Below, piece after piece: positions 43,292-54,900 of a stretch of DNA of 64,000 nt. How positions within the stretch are numbered: position 1 is the stretch's first letter; every line of letters begins with the position of its first letter. The position numbers and the translations under genes were made by a program. Under the pieces are notes generated by a model. It made no database searches and had not been told where the DNA came from. It was given only the letters and a program-made list of their open reading frames with translations. Source of the stretch: Octopus sinensis (lineage: Eukaryota); the NCBI RefSeq assembly GCF_006345805.1, contig NC_042997.1, positions 99,510,001 through 99,574,000 of the forward strand, read 5' to 3'.

Positions 43292-44019
43292 CCCAACTTT
43301 ACCAATGTGTCTAGGTAATACCCTCTCGTTTTATTTTAACTATCTCTCTCTCTCTCCCTATTATTTCTTCCTCACTATCATTACTATTATTTTTATCGTG
43401 CATCTATGCTTCTGTCTATCCAGCTATATATCCCATTATCTAACTGCCCATTACTCTTTCAATATATCTAACCATTCACATATAGGTATCATTTTTTTTT
43501 TATCCCTGTCCATTTGTATATCTTCCAGTTATTTACCTACTGTCCAACCATCAATCAACCTATCTCTTTTCTATCCATCATTTCATTAATCTATCATTAT
43601 GCATCGACTCTGTAAATTATATTTTACTCAGCCAGTCCAATTAACTAGCCAGCTAGGTGACTGCATCCCTGTTTCATTCTCTTTCGTTAGCTCATTTTAT
43701 AATCATCCACTTCCTACTCGCTTCAGCACTCTTCTCAGACCTTCTGAACACAGACCTTTCTTCCCCTACCTCTCTCTCTCCCTGTTTGTGTCTCTCTTTC
43801 TCTGTATGTCTCTCACTCTCTCTCTCTCCAATGACGTTATCATTCTTAGATATTTGTTTCCTTTCGAATCTAACAAATACTGTATAAGCTGTGTCGAATT
43901 GGAAAATAAACACGCCATTAGAAAAGTGGACTGGTAATGCATTAGGAAATCTTATGGCGTAACATCTGTCTGCTTACTTATCGATGTAATGGAATATTTT
44001 ATTGGACAGAAACACACAC

Positions 44020-44022
44020 ACA

Positions 44023-44069
<47 letters not shown>

Positions 44070-44530
44070 CACACATACACACACACGCACACACACACAC
44101 ACATACATATACGTACATATACATATATAAAACTGCAAGCATAGGTACAATTAATGTTACATATAAAGCAAAAAGATACATATATACATACGCATATAAT
44201 TGTACATATACAGACACATATAAATATCCATACACATATATACATATACACATATACATACACATACACAAATACATACATGCATGTACATACACTCATA
44301 TATGTTTACATACACATGCATAAATTCATGCACACGCATACACATAAAACAACACTTGCACATACATAAAGACATCCATACATGCATGGATACATACATA
44401 TATGCATATATGCATGCATACATTCATTCATGCATACATACATACATGAATGCATGCATACCTACCTACATACATACATACATACATACATACATACATA
44501 CATACATGAATGCATGCATACATACATACA

Positions 44531-44564
<34 letters not shown>

Positions 44565-45012
44565 CATACATGAACGCATGCATACATACATACATACATG
44601 AATGCATGCATACATACATACATACATACATGCATGCATACATACATAGATACATACATGAATGCATGCATACATACATACATAAATACATACATACATG
44701 CATGAATGCATACATACATACATGCATACATACATACATACATATATACAAACATACATACATATATACAAACATACATACATGCAAACATGCATATATG
44801 CATGCATACATGCATTCATGCATTCATGCATGCATACGTACATACATACATATATGAATGCATGCATACATACATATATACATACATACATACATGCATA
44901 CACGCATACATACAGTACTGCATACATACATGCACGCATGCATACATACATACATACATACATACATACATACATACATACATACATACATACATACATA
45001 CATACATACATA
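44020..45012. repeat. ~1-kb compound (CA)n/(CATA)n/(TGCA) microsatellite
   Basis: Directly visible. Confidence 0.95.
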
Positions 45013-46070
45013 CTAAACTACAAACCAAACTAAAAAATTTACACAGCTTTTTATTGCTATTTTTTCATTAGCTCTGTAAAAGCGTCCTATAATGTATTTT
45101 ACAATGAAGAATATATGTCCAACAATGAGAGAATGATTCTGATGTGAAAAACAGACGCACTTGCTGTAGTTCACTTTTTATTATTAATTAATCGTATAAT
45201 TAATTAATTAATTGAGTTTGTCAAAATCTCTTACCAAAGAACAATAGCCTTTTCAGTGGTTCTTTCTTTATGTCTGGTATTTATATGTATTTAAGTATCT
45301 ATGTGTTTTATCCTCTCACATGTGCATATGTGTGCGTACGCGTTTGTGTTCTGGCGCGTGTGTGTATATGTATGTTTATGTGTGTGTGTTGCGCGTGTGT
45401 GAGCGCGTGTGCGTACGTGCGTGTGTGTGTGTAGTTTTATTACTTAATAGACTTAGTTCCAGCAAACGTATTTTGATATCTGTAATGAACCGATCAAGTT
45501 TAACTTCAGAAAATCTTTGCTGTTTTTACAGCAGGACATGTGCGTTGTATTTAATTTAAATGTCTCGATAACATGCTCCATCATAAAGATAGGTTGATCT
45601 TGATAAAAATTCTGACTATTTAACCTTATGCTAACTGAATTGGTGATGTTTGTTATAAGTTTAAAGGACTAACTACCTCTTTTGCTCAGGATTTGTAGCT
45701 ATCCTTGTACTTGAGTTGCAAAGCAATCTTCGGAATATGATGCGATGTAACAATCACGAGTAATCACGAGCATGAACCTCAAGTTTACATATAGAATATT
45801 CTTGTATAACCACTTGTTGATATGCTGTGTTTCTTCTCTAGATTTTTATTGGTGTTCGCTAATTCAGCAATACTAGTGTCGCATAGACTGCTATCGGAAT
45901 GCTTTTCGAGCCCACTCATCGTCCTTAATATTGCGGGACATAGAAAGGATGGACACAATTGTGATGCGAAGAGGAGAGATGGATTGGTCAGGGATGCCTG
46001 TTATATTGTTATATTGATGCCTAAATTATATTGTTCTCATCACTTTTGAGCTTTTGTGTGTGTATGTATT

Positions 46071-46131
<61 letters not shown>

Positions 46132-46141
46132 TATATATATA

Positions 46142-46184
<43 letters not shown>

Positions 46185-46192
46185 GGAGAGAG

Positions 46193-46223
<31 letters not shown>

Positions 46224-46273
46224 CAAATAATTCAGGAGAAAATATTTGCAAAGATATTATTGACTCTTATTAT

Positions 46274-46359
46274 ATGCCCACGGGCATATGGCGTAGTGGT
46301 TAAGACCGCGGGCTACTAACCCCAAGATTCCGAGTTCGATTCCAAGCAGTGACCTGAAC

Positions 46360-46446
<87 letters not shown>

Positions 46447-46598
46447 TCGAAAAATATCTTAGGAATGAGAACCCAGGTTCGAAATTTCCCCAAGACACAT
46501 GAAGAAGGCCGGAGGGTATATCAGCCGAAACGTTGTTAACAACAAACAAGATGAGGACAAATATCCATTGAATGTAAATAATGTAAATAATGTAAATA
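46274..46598 (+). mobile_element. tRNA-derived SINE family E with internal (AAT)n, hammerhead-like 3' region and (TGTAAATAA)n tail
   Basis: Head TGGCGTAGTGGTTAAG...AAGATTCCGAGTTCGATTCC (tRNA-Arg-like variable and T region); 18-bp TSD at 46256-46273 and 46599-46616 (one mismatch). Confidence 0.85.
46495..46538 (+). ncRNA. Degenerate minimal hammerhead-like motif in SINE E
   Basis: ACAC-ATGAAGA-A-GGCCGG(AGGGTATA)TCAGCC-GAAA-CG-TT-GT. C3 is changed to A, stem II has one mismatch, and stem III is palindromic ACGT. Confidence 0.4.
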
Positions 46599-46865
46599 AT
46601 TATTGACTATTATTATCTAGTGTAACAGTTAAATTGATAATAACAGAATCAATAATATAGGCGATTGCAGGCCCAAAAAGCATTAAATAGCTGAAGGATT
46701 AAAATTAATCAAAGGACATACTAAGTAAGTCTACCTGCTGGAAATATCAGCCAAAACTCTTATTTAAATCGTCGAAAAAAACTGGTGATAACTACAGAAA
46801 TCAACCGTATACGGGCAAACGGGCTAGGACAATCTCTCAACATGCATTCAAGTATTTGGACTCAC

Positions 46866-46988
46866 GTGGACCGGTTTCTCAACTGGCACTATAGCTTCAT
46901 TTTCCTCAGTACGCTTTACTATGATAGAAAGCTGCGACCCGTCACGTTGAAGTCTGCGCTGCAACTGATTCGCTTTGCGCCGAAACAT
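46866..46988 (-). CDS. Candidate first coding exon (MFRRKANQLQRRLQRDGSQLSIIVKRTEENEAIVPVEKPVH)
   Basis: GCTGCC-ATG context, 41 open codons, donor CAC|GTGAGT, CpG-rich patch. Confidence 0.4.
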
Positions 46989-47133
46989 GGCAGCCACCAG
47001 TGTGAAAATAATTTCAATACGGAGCAAATAATTCAGGAGAAAATATTTGTGAAGATATTATTTACTCTATTATTATCTAGTGTAACTATTAAAAATGATA
47101 ATAACAGAATCAATTAAAAATTATAACAGAGCC

Positions 47134-47276
47134 AATATTTTCTTGCTTAAAAGCCTATTAGGTTAACCAAAGCCAGCATACGCACACATACATGTGGTGT
47201 GTGTGTGTGTGTATGTGACTGTGTGTGTGTATGCTGGCCTTGGTTAACCTAATATGCTTTTAACCAAGAAAACATT
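47134..47276. repeat. 55-bp inverted repeat around a (TG)n loop
   Basis: Arms AATATTTTCTTGCTTAAAAGCCTATTAGGTTAACCAAAGCCAGCATACGCACACA and (rc) AATGTTTTCTTGGTTAAAAGCATATTAGGTTAACCAAGGCCAGCATACACACACA; five mismatches. Confidence 0.9.
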
Positions 47277-47459
47277 AGTAACGACTGGAATTTTCTCCAT
47301 TAACGGTAACATTATATAAAAGAAGCTCTAAATAGTAAAGACCGTAAACACTCCGATTAATCAGAAACAATGAAGAATATAGTTTTTCTGTACAAAAAAG
47401 AACGCTTGCAGTTGATTTGAATTCTTGGCTCATAATCTGATAACATTAATACTTTAAAT

Positions 47460-48300
47460 AATCTATTCTCACATCTCTACCTTCATGACAGAAAGAATGT
47501 AATGAGATTTAGAAATGTCTGTAAGAAAATTACACAATGATTATTTAAGCAACTCTAGAGGTGTTGACAGGCCTATTTCAGATGACTTACGAAGGCAAAA
47601 CAATCTTTATAGTATCAAGTGATTAAGTTTATATGTTGCATAATGGTACTAACAATATTATTTCAGGGACGAATAATTACTATAACACATCATAATTTTA
47701 AGGATAAGTTTTCCTAAAGCGTTAGATGTAGTGTCGAAATGTCTCGAGGAAAAATAAAGAGATCGAGAATTAATCAACATTAGCAGAACACGGGATACGA
47801 CATTAGATGTTCTAATTTACTTCTAGAAAAGCGCCAACAGACTTATTGTCTTTAAGTCACTCACCTCCAGCTTCAGCTTATGGTCCACAGACGCACTAAC
47901 TCCTGTCTATATTTGCTCATACTATTATAATGGCCACAATTCTTCGGAAGTGGCTGGGCTCATGTCACTTCTATTCATGCATCCCTGATCCATCCGTATC
48001 TCTTCTCATCACTCTTGTTGCGCACGACCTCCCATGTCCTGCACTAATTACTACGCTCAATCTCTCTTTCCTAAAATGGCCACTCTCTGGGATTTTTTCC
48101 CAGCTCTTTTATTTTCCTTCATGAATTGACTCACAAAGGTTCAACAGGAGCGTTAATGACATCAAACTCACCAGTCTTGGAGGGAGCTGCAAAGACCATG
48201 GGCATTGTCCCTTTTTCCAGACCCATCAAACAAAAACACAACAACCAAGTGAGAAGTTGGCGAGTATTGCTTTGTTCTTATTTCCAAGATCTTTAACTCT
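47460..48300 (-). pseudogene. Heavily decayed LINE RT remnant (CR1/L2-like)
   Basis: Minus-strand LKDNKSVG (cf. LKxxKSxGPD), RPVNTS (cf. RPISL), LTDISK and FCHEG fragments in the expected order. Confidence 0.45.
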
Positions 48301-48729
48301 TAAATACACCGGTCTAACTCGCATTAAATAGATACAACAGAGCATTGTACAATTTACTAGCTTGAAGTGCCAACTTCAGCCATACTTGTAGATTCGTCTG
48401 GTATATTTTGTCAAGATACGCTATATGAAGCTAGAGTCTTCAGTGGTGCTGCGACAGTTTAACAGATTAATGTAGACGCCATTCGATAATTGCCACATAA
48501 CATTATTAGGAAGTATATTTTTGGAAAAAAAGTATTTACACTGTTACCTGTATAAAGTGTTATCCTCATTAAAATATACAGGATATTATCAAACCGAAAT
48601 ACATCAACAGTTGTAATATCAAAGAATTTTGAAGAATTTTAACGTTAAAACTTCCATCAAATGCAGAGTCTAGAAATTTTCTAGCAAAAGATAACAGAAA
48701 TGACGTAGTTTTGTAACGATTAACTGTAG

Positions 48730-49090
48730 TTGATTTTCTTTCGCCCAAAGTCAGCCCTGATCACACAAAGTTATTATCGATCATTACTATTCTGCCGTTT
48801 CCTCTGATATAATGTATTTAAGGTAACATTGTATAATGAGTTCCTTCTTCTATAAAGATATTTGGGTATGATTTTTTCTTTTACATAAGGTATATAGAAT
48901 CACATCGTCTAATACGACCCTCTTTCTTTTAAGATATCTAGATACGATTTTTCTTCCAGCTTAGTGTATATATAGGGTTGCATCATGTAATGAATCCCTT
49001 ATTTATAAAGATATTTGGGTATGATATAAGGAAGATATGAATCTTATTTCTAGTGGTTCGAGTAACCACGTTGAGGCTGCCTGGTTATTT
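48730..49090 (+). mobile_element. Family F copy with internal ~80-bp tandem repeats
   Basis: GTCAGCCCTGATC 5' part; ATAAAGATATTTGGGTATGAT repeated; 3' TTTCTAG...ACCACGTTGAGGCT. Confidence 0.55.
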
Positions 49091-49183
49091 ATTATTCATC
49101 CGCCCATCCCAAACACACACTTTAAGGCATATGCCTTTGTTTTTAAAGTTAGAAAAAGTATTCTTATTATGATGAACATCATT

Positions 49184-49392
49184 AAGGCGATGAGTTAGCA
49201 TTATCGTTAGCACGCTGGACGAAATACTGAACAGTATTTCGCCCGTTGCGACATTTTCAGTTCAAATTCCGCAGAGGTCGACTTATCCTTTCGGGGACGA
49301 TAAATTAAGTACCAGCGAAACACTGGGGTTGATGTAACCGACTAGTCCCCTCCCGCAAAATTTCGGGCCTTGTACCTTTAGTAGACAGGATT
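49184..49392 (+). mobile_element. SINE family B copy
   Basis: AAGGCGATGAGTTAGCA...GTTCAAATTCCGC...TTTCGGGCCTTGT. Confidence 0.8.
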
Positions 49393-49871
49393 GTGGTGAA
49401 AATCATTTCTGTATTTTATTCTGAGCTTGCGGTGCTTAGTTTCGAATCCTTCATCACAAGTAAACACGTGATAGGGTGATAGAGAAGTCTTATCCACATG
49501 AGAAACTTCGATTTTTTTTCTTTTACACCTTGAAAAGTAAGTATTGATACACCGAGGTATTTTCTTCTAGAAGCAGTTACAAAAAAATTAATAGGAAGAA
49601 TATATAGATTGTAGTTAGAAGTGTTCATAGACACTTTATAGATTACCCGAAACATTGAAAAGGTTAGAATCCATTAAAGGATTACCCATGACTTGAACTG
49701 ACAGAATGATTTTCTGAGACACAATTTACAGTTACTTAACTGACGTGGGACGGGCCGCAAATTTTAAAGAAATTAAAATTTTAAATAAACTAAAATGAAG
49801 TTTATTTGATTTCTAACATTGGAACAAAGCAACAAATATAGGTGAAGGGTGTATTAGATTGATTAAAGTTC

Positions 49872-49904
49872 GTGTGTGCGTGTGTGTGTGTGTGTGGTGT
49901 GTGT

Positions 49905-49999
<95 letters not shown>

Positions 50000-50517
50000 T
50001 GCGTGCGTGTGTAGATACTTTTTATTTTCTTCTTTACTTTACCGACTCCGGAGAGATAAAAGGAGGTTCACTAAAATATTGACATCTTCCTAGCTATTGT
50101 AGCTTCTCAATAGAACGTTTAATAAAGAAGTCGCCTCCCTTTCTTTTCCTCTTGCGTTTTGTCTTTCAAGGATAATAGCAGGGAGAGGATCGTTCTAAAC
50201 ATTAATCATATGAATATAACACGATTTATAATTAGGACGCTTCTTTTGAACTTACTATATTCCCAACTGAAGCGAACTAATCTAATATCTGCGACACACA
50301 ATGGAACTTGCACAAGTGTTGTTTGCAGTGATGCAGCTATTATACTGACCGAATTTATAGAAAATACAATCCTCAACTTCTAGATTAAAATAGCTTTCCT
50401 GTCTACTCCACCATCAACGATATTATAGTATAATTACATTTCCAGTGAACACACATATACACATGCACACATTTTCATATATGCATTTACATATATATAT
50501 ACACGAAGGTATACATA

Positions 50518-50577
<60 letters not shown>

Positions 50578-50594
50578 GTGTGTGTGTGTGTGTG

Positions 50595-50643
<49 letters not shown>

Positions 50644-50732
50644 TATATATAATATATATATATACATATATATATACACATATATATATGTATGTATGCA
50701 TATATGTAAATATATATGTATGTATATATGTA

Positions 50733-50772
<40 letters not shown>

Positions 50773-50820
50773 CATACATGTAGAGGTATATATGTGTGTC
50801 AGTGTTTGTGTATGTATATG

Positions 50821-50883
<63 letters not shown>

Positions 50884-51001
50884 GTGTGTGTGTGTGGTGT
50901 GTGTGTGTGTGTCTGTATGTTTATGCATACAAATAATTGCAGACGTATATACATGCGTTTATACACAAAGGATGCAAATACAAGCACTAATAAATAAATA
51001 A

Positions 51002-51036
<35 letters not shown>

Positions 51037-51320
51037 ATATATACATACCAGTATGTAATTAAATATACGATATACGTATGCATATTTATTAATTAGATAG
51101 AAATACGTAGCACGTATGTATATGTATGTATATATAGAGAGATAGGTAGATATAGATATAGATATATGTGTGTGTCTGTGTATATATGTATATATTATAT
51201 ACATATATGTGTGTATGTTTATATATATATTATATATATATATATGTACATATGTGTGTGTGTGTGTGTGTGTATATATATTATATATATATATATATCT
51301 ATATATATATATATATATAT
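49872..51320. repeat. (TG)n at 49872-50011 and a large TA/TG compound field at 50450-51320
   Basis: Directly visible. Confidence 0.9.
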
Positions 51321-51732
51321 CTTTATCTTATTTTGTGGTACACACTTCTGCTAAAAAAGTAGATGGCCTGGATATATTTTAATCATATATGACAGGGTCC
51401 AGCAAACTACGACCCGCAGCCTCATTTCAATGAAGTTAACGAGCTTAATTTCAATATGGCCACCAATTTTGTTGCATATGTGACGTTACAAACGAAAATT
51501 CTTTATTCTCCTTTTCTATCTTTAGTTAGTAAACAATAAGGTTCAATATCGAAAAATAGAGCAAAATGCTATTTTTGCAGAAGCCTTTAAAAATATCAGT
51601 TTCGTATTTATACAAAAGAAAGCCCAAGATATTGTGCAATCAATAAAAGAAGTGTACGATGTAGAGAGAAACATTTGTACATTCCTAAATTGATAGATTG
51701 ACAGAATCTCAGACTCTGTTATAATATAGCTA

Positions 51733-52058
51733 AGGCTATGGCTCAGTGGCTAGAGCGTTGGAGCATTAGTTAGTACGATTCACAGACCGGGTCGTGTGTT
51801 GTGTTCTTGAGCAAGTCACTTGATTCACGTGGCTCCAGTTCACTCAGCTATAGAAATGAGTTGCGACGTCACTGGTGTCAAGCTGTACCGGCCTTTGCCT
51901 TTCCATTGGACAACATCGGTGACCTGGAGAGGGGAAGATGGTATGCATGAGTGACTGCTGGTTTTCCATAAACAACTTTGCCTGGATTTCTGCCTAGGAA
52001 TGAAACTTTCTAGGTGCAATCCCATGGTCATTCATGACCGAAGGGGTCTTTACCCTTA
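51733..52058 (+). mobile_element. tRNA-derived SINE family D with CORE-like centre
   Basis: TGGCTCAGTGGCTAGAGCG A-box; GTGTTCTTGAGCAAGTCACTT...CTCCAGTTCACTCAGCT...AAATGAGT CORE-like segment. Confidence 0.7.
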
Positions 52059-53739
52059 GCCTTTTATTCTAAGAAGGATAAGTGGAACAAAGAGTGTTCA
52101 CTCGTCAGTTCAGGAAAACAAGCACACTCGTTGGTTCCTAAAACTACAATCAACCCATTGACTTTATCTAAAAAGATATTTTAACACACACTGCAAGCAA
52201 TTTCATATGACACAACGATTTTTATGCGACTAAATGTATCATAATACCTTCATTTCAACAAGTGATGATTTTAATTTCTCCTCACTGCTAGTGTCTTAGG
52301 GTCAATGATTTTTAATTGCTTTTTTGTTTTTGTTTTTTTTTAATGGCAATTATTTGGCTTATACAGAGTAAAACTCAATGAAGTTTTTCTCGACAGTTTG
52401 AGAAGCAACCTATTTTCACAGTTCCTTTTGTAACAGTCAAAGTCAACTTCAGCACAGCATTCAGTCGACTGTTAGTCCATTTTCATCCGCCTTGACAAGT
52501 TTTGGCTGGATGGGATAGAAAATTGAGGAATCACTTTCCGTCAGGTCACGTACATAAATACCATTATTTTCCACAAAACATAGTCACAACGTTTTGTTTC
52601 ATAAATGCGAAAATATAATATATTCTCTACAAAATGTTTTATGCAATTTTTTTATCAATGAAGAGCATGAAAACTTATATTTCTTTATATGCATTAATGT
52701 CCCAATTCCAACATGTCTTTTATAATTTCTAATATTTTTAAGAACTAATACCGTTTAACTATATATTTCTATGTATGCATTTGTGTGTTCATGCATGTAT
52801 GGATGGATGGATGGATGGAGGCATGCATGCATGTATGCCATAAAATTTCTCTCTGGTGCACAAGTCTGAACAAAACATAATATGCAAATTCATGTTATCA
52901 AATGTAATAGGTGTAATTAAAACTACATAGGACAAACGAAATTAACCCTGTAGCACAAAATGACAGCTCGCCGTCAACAGATGAGAATCCCAGTATCAGA
53001 AAAATACCCATTGGTAAAGTTTTGACCTTTTCCAATGAACAAGCATTCTAAATTCTAAATTTTCTCTTTGTATCAATGTATAGGAAATACCTCAATCTAA
53101 TTCTGATTAAAAGAAGGAAAATATGTTTATTAAGAAATATAAACCAAAGCTAAATACTTTACAACAACGCGATAGTTAAGAAAATGCAGTATATTCGACT
53201 CAACGAAACAACTCGAAACAACAAAGTAATAAAAGTAAATCAAATTTTGCGGTAACAGGCTTCCTCCGGGATTCGAAAACCTAACTTCAAACTTCTGTTA
53301 TAGCATTTTTTCGGCCCTATTTGCCGAGCCACGCTAAGATTGACCGATTGGATTGTGTTTTTGGTTAAAACTGGACTCTGAAGGAAAAAAGAAAAAAAGG
53401 TGATGCTATTAAGCATTCAGTCGACTGAGACATCACAGAAACAGGTGGTGTCTTAAGGGATTCAGTCAACTGGAACGCTAGATTACTGCCAGAGAAAAAG
53501 AAGTGACCAGAACATTTGGTTTTTAAAACTGACGTCCGCAAATTGTCAACAACCAGAAGACTGGACTACTACTAATAAGACTACAACTAAAGCTAGTTTA
53601 AATTAGCTCATTTATTAGCTAAGAAAGAGGATCGTTTGATAGTGGAAAGGGATTAATTAACTCTTGTATGAGAATGTAGCTGGAAAGTTTGTCTAGAAAA
53701 ATGTATTCATTCAAGTATGTTAGTCTTTGACATAAAACA

Positions 53740-54900
53740 TATGAAGAATGCCAAAGACATGAGTCATTTTGTACCAATTAAACAATAAAATGCAATATTT
53801 CCGGTGGTTATCCCTGCTGTTGAGGAACCAAGGGACATATCCGACAATTCCGTGATGCGTTGCTCATTCAGGGAACTAATACTAACTTTAAAATTACTAA
53901 AAAAAACTAGCTGAACAGCAGGCAAAGATGCAGTCACTTTCAAAAAAGTGGAAATAAAATATTGATCAAGTACAAAATGGTTTGGAAACTTCAGAAGTAT
54001 GATACATTTGACTGTCGAGAACATATGTATGGTGTTAGGAAAGGTTTTGTTGGAAAAGTCCACAAAATTTTGAGTCTGAAGTGAAGTGTCTCTCTAATGT
54101 TTCATTACATCATTCAGCAACAGATACTTCATGGAAAACATTTATATCTCTCATGTGTAATAGAACACGTCCATCAGCAGTGTTTATTCAATGGCATGCA
54201 TTCTATCAGCGCCACTTTCAAATCTCGCGATTTTTATCTTTAGATAAAGATTGAAAAATGTTTAATGAAAAAAACAGTTTTCAGCCGTTACAACAAACTG
54301 TTGATATAATGATGTATCTTATTCAGTTCGACAAGGCAACACTGAATTTATGTGACGTATTCTCCGCAGTAAAACTTTTCGATATGAATTAATCATTTTC
54401 ACCTCCAGCTCACAATAAGTAACTTCAATCACTTTCTCAGCTGGGAAAAATGCAACGAAAAAGAAAAATATTCTATTTCCTTTCGAATATTCTCAAGACA
54501 TTCTCAACAGTCTAAAGCTAAAATTTCGACAGCTTTTTCAAATCTCTATGAAAAGGCGAAAGCATTAAAACTCTTTCAAAATCCATTTGGCTGTATTGTC
54601 AAGGAAATTCCGATCTTCAGATCTTCAAATACAGGTTATTGATCTGCAGTCAAACAACTTGTTAAAAGAAAAGCACAAAAGAGGCGAAAATTGATTGACT
54701 TTTATAAATGCCTTCAGACGAAGGACACACTGCGTTCAAAAGTCTTTGCTTGAGGATGGATTCTAACCTATTAATGTGAACAAGAAAACATTTTCTTTCA
54801 AATATAAAATATATTAAGTACGCTTTCAAACCAGGTAACTGATTGCCAATTTGCAGTCAGTTTTGATTACGGGAATCACAATTTACAATACTTTGTCCTA
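53740..54900 (+). pseudogene. Decayed hAT transposase (GTF2IRD2/SPIN-like)
   Basis: Fragments resembling QLLI.QG, G..KGFVG, H.IIQQQ.L.GK, FQNPFG and IDLQS, with many stops and shifts; a hAT-like end CAGGGTCCAGCAAACTACGACCCGC at ~51393 may belong to it. Confidence 0.55.

Noticed and set aside
45235-45273. 39-nt minus-strand exon candidate with GTAAGA donor
   Set aside because: The acceptor lacks a pyrimidine tract, and the phase-0 reading has a stop.
46279-46352. tRNA-like sequence
   Set aside because: No proper acceptor stem; it is the head of SINE E. The same applies to the tRNA-like heads at 40975-41046, 42755, 51733 and 57202.
47860-48180. Two GTGAGT donor-like sites on the minus strand
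   Set aside because: They lie inside a decayed LINE RT remnant with stops.
49395-49530. Open minus-strand frame containing FTCDEGFE
   Set aside because: Weak AAG acceptor, no donor before it runs into a SINE and stops.
52942-53656. piggyBac-like TTAA-CCCT ... AGGG ends
   Set aside because: No TIR similarity beyond 4 nt, and the right target site is offset by one base.
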